Part shown: positions 10,066 through 19,821 of the stretch, piece by piece
Numbering within the stretch: the stretch's first letter is position 1
How the letters are laid out: each line of letters starts with the position of its first letter
Source of the DNA: Trichormus sp. ATA11-4-KO1
GTDB taxonomy: Bacteria; Cyanobacteriota; Cyanobacteriia; Cyanobacteriales; Nostocaceae
Length of the DNA stretch: 64,000 bases
Assembly: GCA_019358915.1 (NCBI GenBank)
Contig: JAHHIM010000036.1
Coordinates: 256,001-320,000 of the forward strand
Reading direction: 5' to 3'
Translations under genes and position numbers: made by a program
Notes under the pieces: generated by a model
What the model saw: only the letters and a program-made list of their open reading frames with translations
The model's database searches: none
Told to the model about the DNA's origin: nothing

Positions 10066-11184
10066 GTGGTTGCCACGCCGGAAAAACAGCAACACATCCA
10101 CGAGCAATTATCAGGTCAAGACCAAGTAGCTGTATTGCTTATGGGCTACGGTGAAGTTGAAAGCTACGAAGACTTCGCGAACTATAACGAACAGGCTTTA
10201 AATCTACTGACAGCAAAATTCGCACCAGTACCAACCTGGATTTATCCCCCCCTAGCAAAACTGTTGGCGTTATTTGACCGCCATGAATGGGGACATACGC
10301 ACCACGATTTTATCTCTCCACACAACGCCATCTTTGAACAGCAACGCGCTGGTATTGAAAAGAACTTACAAGCCAAGTGGGGCAACAATATCCAAGTTTT
10401 CAAAGCCTTCAACTTCTGCGCTCCCCACCTACCTCACCAAGTTCTGGCAGAAATTAAAAATCAAGGCTTCGATAAAATACTCATTTACCCGTTGTTGGTT
10501 GTTGATTCCATCTTTACCAGTGGGATTGCGGTTGAGCAAGTGAATAATGCTTTAGCCGAGATGGCAGATGGAGAGCAACATTGGGTCAAAGGACTGCGCT
10601 ACATCCCTTCCTTTTTTAACGAACCAGCATACATCAATTTGATGGCTCAATTAGTTGAGGAAAAAATTACCGCCGACTTAAGTGCAACTTATCTACCTTC
10701 TCAAATCGGCATTGTCCTCATGAATCACGGTTGTCCCCACAAAGCCAAAGGCTTCACCTCTGGGATTACCGAAAGTCAAGCGCTATACGATGCAGTACGG
10801 GATAAATTAATTAACCGCTATCCTTTGATTTCTGTGGGTTGGCTCAACCACGACACACCTCTGATTGAATGGACTTTGCCAAATGCCGAGCAAGCTGCTA
10901 GTAACCTGATTCAATTGGGTGCCAAAGTGGTGATTTTTATGCCTATTGGCTTTGCTACCGAAAACCATGAAACTCTATTAGATGTACACCACATCATTCA
11001 TACTTTAGAGAAAAAACATTCTGGTGTGAATTATGTACAGATGCCTTGCGTCAACGACCATCCAGAATTTTTGGACATGGCTGCTGAATGGGCAAATGCT
11101 CATATTAGTGAGTTAATCAATGAGCAAGCTATGGCAATTAATCCCCAGTTGGCGGGAAATCACCATCACCATCACCATCATTAG
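10066..11184 (+). CDS. Ferrochelatase-family chelatase (CAB-less paralogue, His7 tail)
   Basis: VLLMGYGE, NHG(C)P and PIGFATENHETL match ferrochelatase motifs; GAGGA RBS before the GTG start. Confidence 0.8.
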   Translation: MVATPEKQQHIHEQLSGQDQVAVLLMGYGEVESYEDFANYNEQALNLLTAKFAPVPTWIYPPLAKLLALFDRHEWGHTHHDFISPHNAIFEQQRAGIEKNLQAKWGNNIQVFKAFNFCAPHLPHQVLAEIKNQGFDKILIYPLLVVDSIFTSGIAVEQVNNALAEMADGEQHWVKGLRYIPSFFNEPAYINLMAQLVEEKITADLSATYLPSQIGIVLMNHGCPHKAKGFTSGITESQALYDAVRDKLINRYPLISVGWLNHDTPLIEWTLPNAEQAASNLIQLGAKVVIFMPIGFATENHETLLDVHHIIHTLEKKHSGVNYVQMPCVNDHPEFLDMAAEWANAHISELINEQAMAINPQLAGNHHHHHHH

Positions 11185-11197
11185 GTAACAGATTCCA

Positions 11198-11239
11198 GGG
11201 GGATAATATGAGAACAAATAAATTACTTTATTATCCCCC
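11198..11239. terminator. Hairpin after the ferrochelatase gene
   Basis: GGGGGATAAT ... ATTATCCCCC inverted repeat. Confidence 0.5.
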
Positions 11240-11268
11240 TCGCTTAAATTTAGTTGCTAACCTGAAGG

Positions 11269-11399
11269 TAAGTAGGTAGGCACAAATAAAATCAACTATG
11301 TAAAGAAAAATGAATCAGCTTAAAACCCTCTTCCCTTCTGCCTCCTGCCTTCTGCCTTCTGCCTTATCCTAGCGATAAATTTTCCCACCCACCTACTTA
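11269..11399. mobile_element. 131-bp MITE with TA ends and an internal heptamer tract
   Basis: Terminal inverted repeats TAAGTAGGTAGG / CCCACCTACTTA; internal CTTCTGC repeats. Confidence 0.75.
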
Positions 11400-11453
11400 A
11401 CTAGAAGATTTGGGTACAACCGTCTTCACAAGAATTAGTTTCAGGACGGACTG

Positions 11454-11663
11454 ATGACACAAACTGATTTATCTCCAGCTATTGCCGTCAATATCCCCAA
11501 CACGCTCACCCTGAAAGTTTCCCACGAGCAATTTGTGGATTTGGCACTCGCTAACCGAGACTTACAATTAGAACGAAGTGCTACGGGTGAGTTAATTATT
11601 ATGCCACCTACCGGAAGCGTTACCGGAGGCTCTATTGCGAATTGGTTTCATGCCCCAAATTAG
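11454..11663 (+). pseudogene. Truncated Uma2-family (DUF820) endonuclease
   Basis: N-terminus EQFVDLALANRDLQLERSATGELIIMPPTG is typical of Uma2 proteins; ends before the PD-(D/E)xK core. Confidence 0.8.
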
Positions 11664-11694
11664 CCTTGACACGCCAGTAGCTTCTGCTATTTCA

Positions 11695-12075
11695 CTAAAA
11701 AGAGAAGAAATGCTGTTTTAACACGTCTAACCGTGAACAGTGCCAATAATCAATGTGGGAAACAATCAAATTAGATGAATTAATTTTTAATTCACTCCAG
11801 CCAGAAATAAAAATCCGTGGTTTCCAAGGTAGGGGAGTATTCCAGCTAAGTGTCCATTCAGTTTTGATGCTGTCTCCTAAATGTTGAATATCATGTACAT
11901 CCATTTGCGGATTTAAAAACCAAGTTTGGATGAAATTAATCATCTGCTTATAGCGTTCAACACCACGAAATTTATTTAATGGGTCTTGAAAATAAACATC
12001 TTCAGCGTAAATGCTATAAGTTTGATTGGTGGGAAATCTTTGGTAGTCTGCCTTGAGTATGTCAATAATATCCAT
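11695..12075 (-). CDS. DUF2358 (NTF2/SnoaL-like) protein
   Basis: YSIYAEDVYFQDPLNKFRG...LPWKP...HIDYW pattern. Confidence 0.8.
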   Translation of the reverse strand: MDIIDILKADYQRFPTNQTYSIYAEDVYFQDPLNKFRGVERYKQMINFIQTWFLNPQMDVHDIQHLGDSIKTEWTLSWNTPLPWKPRIFISGWSELKINSSNLIVSHIDYWHCSRLDVLKQHFFSF

Positions 12076-12137
12076 TTCTGTAAGTTAGTTTGATATATGA
12101 AGAGTGCTGAAAGGTAACAAGGTGAGAATATTAATTT

Positions 12138-12716
12138 CTATTGGACGTTAATGTCTACCTCATTCCATAGGCGTTCTAACTGACGTTGCCAAGCAGCTAA
12201 TACTTCTTCTCGCGCTTCTGAGGTTTGGTTGATTTCACCCATTAATCCTTCTGCATAAAACCGTTCTAGGCTTTGCATGGTAGCTGGGAGTGATTGTCCT
12301 TGCTGTTTTGCTGTTTGGATAATTTGCCGAATCCGACTTTCAATTAGTCGATTGAAGACATTATCTAAACCTGCTTCATGTAAAGATACAAGTCGAGCGA
12401 TCGCACTGGCAAAATCTGCACTTACTAAAGTGCCACAATTGTGTTGATATACTGCCCAAACTACACCGTCATATAGAGCATAGCGGACTTCTTGTGTGTC
12501 ATCAAAGTTAGCTTCTAAAAACTGTGCTAAAAAAGGTTGAGCTTCTTGCATTGGCACAATTGGCAATAGAACTCGTATCCAAGTATGATCCTCAGAAAGC
12601 AGTACTAATAACCGAAAAGTAGAGGTATCAACTTGCCATGATCCAGGAGCGATCGCCTTTACTTCTGTAGTTCCAAATAATTTTGTGAGCGTCCCCGCAA
12701 TTTCTTCAGGTGTCAT
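12138..12716 (-). CDS. YbjN/T3SS-chaperone-fold conserved protein
   Basis: WIRVLLPI...FLEANFDDTQEVRYAL pattern of YbjN-like proteins. Confidence 0.55.
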   Translation of the reverse strand: MTPEEIAGTLTKLFGTTEVKAIAPGSWQVDTSTFRLLVLLSEDHTWIRVLLPIVPMQEAQPFLAQFLEANFDDTQEVRYALYDGVVWAVYQHNCGTLVSADFASAIARLVSLHEAGLDNVFNRLIESRIRQIIQTAKQQGQSLPATMQSLERFYAEGLMGEINQTSEAREEVLAAWQRQLERLWNEVDINVQ

Positions 12717-12751
12717 AGTCTTTTTTGAGCTTCTAGCTTTAGCGTAACGCT

Positions 12752-12964
12752 TTAAAGTTCACCAGGTGTATTGGCTGCTGCTTGAGATTGCTGTGCTACT
12801 TGCTGGACTACTTCCAAAGATAAATCTAACAATTGAGCGATCGCCTCCCAGATCAAACCAAACTGGATCATTCGCGGTATTGCTTCTAATTTGCCTTGCT
12901 GCTTACCTGCTTCTAGGCCTTCCTGATAAACTTTGCTTTGTTTCAACTCATTTAAACCTAACAT
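12752..12964 (-). CDS. Stand-alone Rpn-family C-terminal domain (DUF2887-type tail)
   Basis: MLGLNELKQSKVYQEGLEAGKQQGKLEAIPRM...IAQLLDLSLEVV; a short in-frame upstream remnant KLPQKSREEIEA supplies a GAGGAG RBS. Confidence 0.68.
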   Translation of the reverse strand: MLGLNELKQSKVYQEGLEAGKQQGKLEAIPRMIQFGLIWEAIAQLLDLSLEVVQQVAQQSQAAANTPGEL

Positions 12965-13151
12965 TGCTTCAATCTCCTCGCGGCTCTTTTGCGGTAATTT
13001 GTTTCACAGTTATGGAGGAATTGCACTTTAGGCTGCTCAGTTTAGCTTACCGTGTCAATGGTGATTCATCTTTTGCCACTACCGATGAAGACTGGGGAAA
13101 ATCTTGCGGTAAAATCTCTCAATGGCATCTTGTGCAAATAACGTATAAAAC

Positions 13152-13736
13152 ATGACTAAACTACTTGTGGTAGCCACAGGAAATCCAGGTAAGCTGAGGG
13201 AAATGCAAGCTTACTTAGCAAATTCTGGTTGGGAATTAACCCTCAAACCTGAAGAATTAGAAATTGAGGAGACAGGCGACACCTTTGCAGAAAATGCTTG
13301 TCTCAAAGCCTCTGAGGTTGCTCAAGCCACAGGACAATGGGCGATCGCTGATGACTCTGGCTTGCAAGTAGATGCTCTCAATGGCGCACCAGGAGTATAT
13401 TCGGCGCGTTATGGCACAACCGACGCCGAACGCATTGCTAGGCTATTAAGGGAATTAGATCACGAAACTAATCGGCAAGCACAATTTGTTTGTGTAATCG
13501 CGATCGCTCGTCCCGATGGTACGATTGTTCTGCAATCGGAAGGTATTTGTCGCGGTGAAATTCTCCATGTACCCTGTGGCGCAGGCGGTTTCGGCTACGA
13601 TCCAATTTTTTACGTTCCCGAACAGCAATTGACCTTTGCAGAGATGACAAAGGAGTTGAAAGGGTTAATAAGTCATCGAGGTCAGGCGTTGCAAGCTTTA
13701 ATTCCTCAATTGAAAACTATTCTGCATCAAGAGTAA
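13152..13736 (+). CDS. rdgB: Non-canonical purine NTP pyrophosphatase (HAM1 family)
   Basis: ATGNPGK, ADDSGL, PGVYSAR, GFGYDPIF, SHRG motifs. Confidence 0.95.
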   Translation: MTKLLVVATGNPGKLREMQAYLANSGWELTLKPEELEIEETGDTFAENACLKASEVAQATGQWAIADDSGLQVDALNGAPGVYSARYGTTDAERIARLLRELDHETNRQAQFVCVIAIARPDGTIVLQSEGICRGEILHVPCGAGGFGYDPIFYVPEQQLTFAEMTKELKGLISHRGQALQALIPQLKTILHQE

Positions 13737-13973
13737 GTTTTGAGGGGGAAGATAATTTTTAATTGTTGATGTATGAGAGGAAAGGCTATTTCAGGTAACA
13801 AGCATAATTTGATAAATATGCTGTAACTAAATAGTATGAAATTTGTAAAAATCAAACTCTAACGCAAGATTTTGACTGATCTAACTTGAGTTGGAGCACT
13901 ACCTTTTTGGGATTGATCACAATATGATGACAACTCCTGATAGCGCAGCGTGGCCTTAGCCATAGGTAATTAT

Positions 13974-14243
13974 ATGAAACATTTAGCAATCGCGACTTTA
14001 GCGGTAATTTTTGGCAGTTTTCCATTTACCGGACTAACTTCAATCTCCAAGGTTATAGCCCAAGAAACAGAGATGCAATCTCCTACAGAAGCTCCTCCTG
14101 ACACTGGTGTTAATCAGAAGATTGACATTCAAGTAGACAATGAAAATGAAATTGAAATTGAAGTAGAATCTCAACAAAATCCCTTGCCTCAACCAGCTTC
14201 AGAGACTCAAAATAATTCTGATATGCCTGATATGTCTGATTAA
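13974..14243 (+). CDS. Small secreted acidic hypothetical protein
   Basis: Signal-peptide-like N-terminus (MKHLAIATLAVIFG...VIAQ) followed by an E/Q/P-rich region. Confidence 0.55.
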   Translation: MKHLAIATLAVIFGSFPFTGLTSISKVIAQETEMQSPTEAPPDTGVNQKIDIQVDNENEIEIEVESQQNPLPQPASETQNNSDMPDMSD

Positions 14244-14342
14244 TTTTTTCTCAAAAAATGGTGGCTTGTAATATCTGGACTTTGCCTCCTGAGTCTTTGC
14301 AGTGTTGACATGAACTAGCCCTTTCAAAGTGTAATGTATTTT

Positions 14343-14409
14343 CTTTGTGTCTTAGTATCTTAGTGGTTAAAAAATCACTTTTGCAACACAAAGGCACAAA
14401 GAAACAAAG
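14343..14409. repeat. Inverted pair of triple 8-bp repeats
   Basis: CTTTGTGT-CTTAGTAT-CTTAGTGGTT ... CAACACAAAG-GCACAAAG-AAACAAAG. Confidence 0.65.
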
Positions 14410-14491
14410 GCAGAGATCGCCATCTCAGGAAAATCCATAATAGAATAGATATCCAAGCCACCGAAATTAAGAGAAATCAAAGGACGCTGAA

Positions 14492-14731
14492 ATGGATAGC
14501 TTCGATTATGTAATTTTGGTAGCTGGACTAGGTGGACTTTCAGCTGCTGCTTGCTTAACCAGACAAGGATACCGAGTCGCAGTTTTAGAAAAACATTACT
14601 TACCAGGCGGCTGTTGCCACACCTTTGATTATAGTGAATACAGTTTTTGTATGGATGTAGTGGAAATCATTACAGGGCAATCGGTACGGCAAAACCTAGA
14701 AATGCCTAAGCCTTTAGTTACAGTTGGATAA
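14492..14731 (+). pseudogene. Internally deleted FAD-dependent (phytoene-desaturase-like) oxidoreductase
   Basis: Rossmann N-terminus (AGLGGL...LEKHYLPGGCCHTF) with degraded GxGxxG, joined to a short tail; only 79 aa. Confidence 0.7.
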
Positions 14732-14790
14732 GCATTTACGTCCAAAAAATCCCCGCCAACAAGATCAATAATTACTGTTGACGGGAAGCA

Positions 14791-15024
14791 TCACAGTTCT
14801 AAATCTTCTGTTTCTTCTGTTTCCAAGTTATATGTATCCATGATCTCTTCCACTTCTTCTTCCACATCCTCATCTTCGTAATAGCTTTGATCAATAGATA
14901 CATAAGACACTAATCGGCCAGTACTTGCCAACCAATCGAGTAAGGATTCCTCCTGCTTGAGAGGAATTACAGGTGTTGGTTGGTGACGGGGTTCTTCTCG
15001 GAGAGCAGGAGATCGCTTAATCAT
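14791..15024 (-). CDS. DUF3134-family small acidic protein
   Basis: PALREEPR...VIPLKQEESLLDWLASTGRL followed by a D/E-rich tail. Confidence 0.7.
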   Translation of the reverse strand: MIKRSPALREEPRHQPTPVIPLKQEESLLDWLASTGRLVSYVSIDQSYYEDEDVEEEVEEIMDTYNLETEETEDLEL

Positions 15025-15205
15025 GATTTTTTACCCCCGAAGACTCGTAATTAACAGTGTGAACTGTGTATTTTGAAAAGCTTCTTTCGTATGGGTGATA
15101 TTTTTGTCTATCTGGAGAAGCAATTCTCATAGAAGATAAACAGAAGTCACTGCCGAGTATTGAAGTGATAGTATATTGTTGTCGGCGCTCTAATCCCCGC
15201 TCTAG

Positions 15206-15694
15206 ATGAACAAAGCATTGGATGAAACGCTTTCAATTGAAATTGCCCAAAGCATCAGAAGTAAAGCTAATAAGCCATTTGATAATGCTTACAGAGCAGT
15301 ATTAACAACTGAGAAAGCCAAGTATGTCCAGGGATTTTTAGCTGTTGCTGAGAAGCCATATCAACCGATTGAACATGGTTGGATGGAATTAAAGGATGGC
15401 TTAGATCAGTATTCTATTATACGCATTGTTGATCCTACCCTACCACACCTACACAAAAGCCCCCAAGAACTTTGGTACTTTGCGGCACAAAGCTTAAATG
15501 TTAAGCAACTGAAAGCGATAATCGAAGAATCACAAGAAGACTATCCAGAAGATGATCCACTTCCAGTATATGGTGATGCCCCTTATGAATATTACGGTGA
15601 TGTGATGTTGGGTGGTAAAGAATACTTACAAGCTTATCAAGCAGCAGAGGCTAAGTGTAGAGAACTCCAAGCATCACAGGCAAAGAATCGCTAA
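15206..15694 (+). CDS. Conserved hypothetical protein, possible transglutaminase-like fold
   Basis: YVQGF...PIEHGW...IVDPTL spacing. Confidence 0.6.
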   Translation: MNKALDETLSIEIAQSIRSKANKPFDNAYRAVLTTEKAKYVQGFLAVAEKPYQPIEHGWMELKDGLDQYSIIRIVDPTLPHLHKSPQELWYFAAQSLNVKQLKAIIEESQEDYPEDDPLPVYGDAPYEYYGDVMLGGKEYLQAYQAAEAKCRELQASQAKNR

Positions 15695-15731
15695 CAAAGT
15701 CCCCTGTAACCTGTCCCCTATACCCTTCATC

Positions 15732-16418
15732 ATGAGCCAGACTGCGTTAAATTTAGTTGCAATCTCCATATTTCTCATGACTTTATCGGTGCTGCTGGGG
15801 CCCTTAATTCACTTGTCCCCAACAGTACCAGCAATTGCGACTTTCACTATTTTGGGAATAGCTACTTTCGATAATTTCAGCTTGCAAGGTAAGGGCGGTG
15901 CGATTGTTTTAGATTGGATTGCTGGTTTTTCTGCTGAACACCGCGATCGCATTATCCACCATGAAGCTGGACACTTTCTCGTTGCGCACTTGCTCGCTAT
16001 TCCTGTGACTGGCTATACTCTCAGTGCTTGGGAAGCTTGGAAACAGGGGCAACCAGGACAAGGTGGTGTTACCTTTGATGATGCTGAATTAGCATCTCAA
16101 CTAGAAAGAGGGACAATCAGCGCCCAAATTCTTGACCGCTATTGCACAATTTGGATGGCGGGTATTGTTGCGGAAACTTTAGTTTTTAATCGTGCTGAAG
16201 GTGGAGCTGATGATCAAAGCAAGCTTGCAGGAGTTTTAGCAAGTTTGGGGTTTTCTCAATCAGCTTGTCAGCAAAAACAACGGTTTCATATTCTCCAAGC
16301 AAAAACTTTACTGCAAGAAAATTGGTCTAGTTACGAAGCTTTAGTCAAATCTATGCAACAACGCGCCACTGTTACAGATTGTCAGCGCGTTATTGATCAT
16401 GTAGCATCTGCAACCTAG
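15732..16418 (+). CDS. Membrane-anchored M41-like zinc protease lacking an AAA domain
   Basis: Two N-terminal TM helices, HEAGH zinc motif, MAGIVAE and GGADD; start moved to ATG 15732. Confidence 0.82.
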   Translation: MSQTALNLVAISIFLMTLSVLLGPLIHLSPTVPAIATFTILGIATFDNFSLQGKGGAIVLDWIAGFSAEHRDRIIHHEAGHFLVAHLLAIPVTGYTLSAWEAWKQGQPGQGGVTFDDAELASQLERGTISAQILDRYCTIWMAGIVAETLVFNRAEGGADDQSKLAGVLASLGFSQSACQQKQRFHILQAKTLLQENWSSYEALVKSMQQRATVTDCQRVIDHVASAT

Positions 16419-16437
16419 ATCCTGCCCTTGCTTTCAT

Positions 16438-16466
16438 CCCCACACTCCATTTCGTTGTGTGTGGGG
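16438..16466. terminator. Hairpin between convergent protease and dnaA genes
   Basis: CCCCACAC ... GTGTGGGG inverted repeat. Confidence 0.5.
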
Positions 16467-16487
16467 AATTCTAATTAATTCAGAGTA

Positions 16488-17867
16488 TTATTTACTCTTT
16501 TGTGTACTAGTCATATTGATACGATCGCTCAGTTGACGGAGAGTTTGCGCTAAAGTGCGATCGCTTTCTTGGAGTTGGGCAATTTTGTCACAACTATAAA
16601 TTACCGTTGTATGATCTTTACCACCAAACGCTTCACCAATTCTCGGCAAACTCAGATCAGTTCGTTGGCGCATTAGATACATACCTATTTGACGTGCCCA
16701 ACTAATTTCCCGCCGCCGTGAGTTACTTTTCAGGTCTTCAATTGAGACATCAAAAGTATCAGCAACAACCGCTAAAATCGTTTCTGGGGTAGCTGCTACT
16801 TTCTCGCTTTGTGTCTCTAAAACTGGTGTGATATTCTCCACCGTCATTGGTAAACCCCAAATAGAAATATAAGCTAGTGCCCGAATTAAGGCTCCTTCCA
16901 ACTCGCGAATATTAGAAGTGTAGTTAGAAGCAATATACTCAATTACATCTCTGGGGAGGCGAATATTTTCGTACTCAGCCTTTTTCTGAAGAATTGCCAT
17001 CCTAGTTTCTAAATCTGGAGTTTGCACATCAGCAATTAAACCCATAGAAAACCGGGAACATAGACGTTCTTGTAGTCGAGGAATTTGGTTAGGGGGACGG
17101 TCGGAAGCTATCACAACTTGCTTACCAGCTTCATGTAATGTATTAAAAGTATGAAAAAATTCTTCTTGGGTATATTCTTTACCTTCAATAAACTGAATAT
17201 CATCTACTAACAACACATCAGCCGCCCGGTAATGCTCCCGGAAACTTTGCATACTATCATTGCGGATGGCTGTAATTAAGTCGTTAGTAAATTGCTCTGT
17301 GGACACATAAAATATTTTGGAATCTGGGCAAATTTCCCGGCGATAATGACCAATAGCTTGCATCAGATGGGTTTTGCCCAAGCCGACACCACCGCATAAA
17401 AATAAAGGATTAAACTCCCTCCCTGGAGATTCCGCCACAGCCAAGGATGCGGCGTGAGCCATGCGATTGTTAGCACCAACCACAAATCGCGAAAATACAT
17501 ATTTAGAGTTTAAATCAGTGGTGGGTTGCTTTTTTTGGGGCACAGTTTCAGCGATGATACTTGGGTGAGGTAACTCCCAAGCAGCATCTCGTTCTCCCAA
17601 ATGGGTAATTCCATCATCCTGAGCAACAGTAATATAGATTTCTACAGGATGACCCAAAATGTCTTGCACTACATGAGCGATCGTGTTGATGTAATATTTT
17701 TGTAACCAATTACGAGCAAAAGGGTTAGGAGTAATTATTATCAAGCAGTTATTTTCTAATCGTTCCGCATTAGCAGTTTTGATCCAAGTTTCAAAGGTGG
17801 GACGGGATAGTTCTAGCTGTAAGCGCTCTAACACCTGATTCCACAGACTGTCAATGGGAATTTCCAT
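16488..17867 (-). CDS. dnaA: Chromosomal replication initiator DnaA
   Basis: Walker A GGVGLGKT, Walker [18 protein letters not shown], domain [11 protein letters not shown]. Confidence 0.98.
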   Translation of the reverse strand: MEIPIDSLWNQVLERLQLELSRPTFETWIKTANAERLENNCLIIITPNPFARNWLQKYYINTIAHVVQDILGHPVEIYITVAQDDGITHLGERDAAWELPHPSIIAETVPQKKQPTTDLNSKYVFSRFVVGANNRMAHAASLAVAESPGREFNPLFLCGGVGLGKTHLMQAIGHYRREICPDSKIFYVSTEQFTNDLITAIRNDSMQSFREHYRAADVLLVDDIQFIEGKEYTQEEFFHTFNTLHEAGKQVVIASDRPPNQIPRLQERLCSRFSMGLIADVQTPDLETRMAILQKKAEYENIRLPRDVIEYIASNYTSNIRELEGALIRALAYISIWGLPMTVENITPVLETQSEKVAATPETILAVVADTFDVSIEDLKSNSRRREISWARQIGMYLMRQRTDLSLPRIGEAFGGKDHTTVIYSCDKIAQLQESDRTLAQTLRQLSDRINMTSTQKSK

Positions 17868-18036
17868 TATTTACCACCTTGGCTGCTAATCATCACAATA
17901 GAAGATATCAACACGTACTAATTTAATATTTAGAAGTTATGGACAGAAAATGAGCTTGAGAGTTGTAATCATTCTGGGACAAACCCGGTAGGCAAGATTC
18001 TACCACCCACTGACCAGCACGGAGAAGCAAAGACAC

Positions 18037-19266
18037 ATGAAGACAAAAGAGCATGACTTGAGAGTCCACAATGTTGATACCTGGGTTTGGCCCCAGATGA
18101 TCAATTTGGTGCTAGTAAGTGGGGTAGCGGTGGTTTCCCTGGGGGGCTGCTCGCTTCTACCTGCCAAAACCAATGAGCCTCAGGTGGGAACCCAAAATAC
18201 AAATAATAACAGCCCGGCAATTACTCCCCCAGCAATTATTTCTGCATCTGGAGATCCTAACTTTGTGGTCGCAGTTGTCCAAAAGGTAGGAGATGCCGTA
18301 GTGCGGATTGATGCATCTAGAACCGTAACTTCTCGTTTACCAGAAGATCGATTTTTCCGGCGGTTTTTTGCGGATATAGAGCCATCACAGCCTAGAGAGC
18401 GAATTGAGCAGGGTAGTGGTTCTGGATTTATTATTAACTCCTCAGGCCAAATCTTAACTAATTCCCATGTGGTCGATGGTGCTGACTCTGTAACTGTTAC
18501 CTTGAAAGATGGTAGGACTTATGAGGGCAAAGTGCTGGGTGAAGATCCGGTGACTGATGTGGCTTTAATTCAAATTGATGCCAATAATCTGCCAATCTTG
18601 CCCGTAGGTAATTCTGATGTCTTGCAACCAGGAGAAGCAGTAATTGCCATTGGCAATCCTTTAGGACTGAATAATACAGTTACTTCGGGGATTATCAGCG
18701 CGACTGGTCGCTCTAGTAGTGACATTGGGGTGAGTGATAAGCGCGTTGACTATATTCAAACGGATGCGGCGATTAACCCTGGTAACTCTGGCGGGCCATT
18801 ACTCAATGTCAGAGGTGAAGTAATTGGGATGAACACAGCAATTATCCGAGGCGCGCAAGGGTTAGGATTTGCCATTCCCATTAACACAGTACAAAGAATT
18901 TCCCAAGAATTAATTGCTAAAGGTAGGGTTGATCATCCTTACTTGGGCATTCAAATGGTGACGTTGACACCAGAACTGAAAGAAAGAATTAATACTAGAG
19001 CAGGCGATCGCGTTAATCTCACAGCAGATCAAGGTGTTTTATTGGTGAGTATTGTGCCTCGCTCTCCAGCATCGGTTGCTGGACTACGACCTGGTGATGT
19101 AATTCAAAGCATTGATAACCAACCTGTTACCAAAATTGAAGAAGTACAAAAGCTTGTAGAAAACAGCAAAATCGGTAACCCTTTACAAATACAAGTGGAA
19201 CGTAATGGGCGAATTGCCCAAGTAGTAGTTAGTCCTGCACCTTTACCAATAGAACGAGAAGGCTGA
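18037..19266 (+). CDS. HtrA/DegP-family serine protease with PDZ domain (HhoA/HhoB-like)
   Basis: GSGSGFII, TNSHVV, TDVAL, GNSGGPL; C-terminal PDZ; lipobox-like LGGC. Confidence 0.93.
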   Translation: MKTKEHDLRVHNVDTWVWPQMINLVLVSGVAVVSLGGCSLLPAKTNEPQVGTQNTNNNSPAITPPAIISASGDPNFVVAVVQKVGDAVVRIDASRTVTSRLPEDRFFRRFFADIEPSQPRERIEQGSGSGFIINSSGQILTNSHVVDGADSVTVTLKDGRTYEGKVLGEDPVTDVALIQIDANNLPILPVGNSDVLQPGEAVIAIGNPLGLNNTVTSGIISATGRSSSDIGVSDKRVDYIQTDAAINPGNSGGPLLNVRGEVIGMNTAIIRGAQGLGFAIPINTVQRISQELIAKGRVDHPYLGIQMVTLTPELKERINTRAGDRVNLTADQGVLLVSIVPRSPASVAGLRPGDVIQSIDNQPVTKIEEVQKLVENSKIGNPLQIQVERNGRIAQVVVSPAPLPIEREG

Positions 19267-19329
19267 TTTATCAATAAAGTGCTTCCTTCCTGAGTAAGGA
19301 GTTTTACGCCAATTAGGAAATCTAGTTAT

Positions 19330-19821
19330 GCTTCAGCGATCGCAAGCGCGGCGGAGCCGAACGCAAACAAGCCGAGATTGTCCTGCAACAACTGAATGCT
19401 GAACTTGAGCAATGGGTAGTAGAGCGAACCGCACAACTGAAGGAGACAAACGATCGCCTGCTCAAAACGGTGATAGAGCAGCAACAAACCCAACTCATAC
19501 TTTTAGAACAAGCACAACTACTGGATTTAGCACACGATACCATCATCACTCGCGACTTAAATGGGGCGATCAACTTCTGGAACAAGGGAGCCGAGGATAT
19601 GTATGGCTGGAAGAAAGCCGATGCCAAAACTAACAGGAGGCGAAGTTTATCAGCATCTGCAATTACATGAAATTAAACTAGAAGTTGTACTAATTTCGTC
19701 ATACACTGAGCTAGGGAAATTAGCCTTAAGTTTAGGTATTGTCTATTATCTTAATAAACCATTTGAGATTCCCGATTTCTTAAAAACAATAAATTCGGCT
19801 TACGAAAGACTTCTATGCTAG
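19330..19821 (+). pseudogene. Chimeric remnant: PAS-kinase fragment fused to a receiver-domain fragment
   Basis: [16 protein letters not shown]...[31 protein letters not shown] (PAS), then in another frame [10 protein letters not shown]...VVLISS...YLNKPF (REC C-terminal half). Confidence 0.72.

Noticed and set aside
12766..13155. 129-aa + strand ORF before rdgB
   Set aside because: Antisense shadow of the Rpn tail plus promoter DNA
16419..16487. oriC downstream of dnaA
   Set aside because: Only two weak CCCCACA matches, which form a hairpin between convergent genes; no box cluster or AT-rich unwinding element
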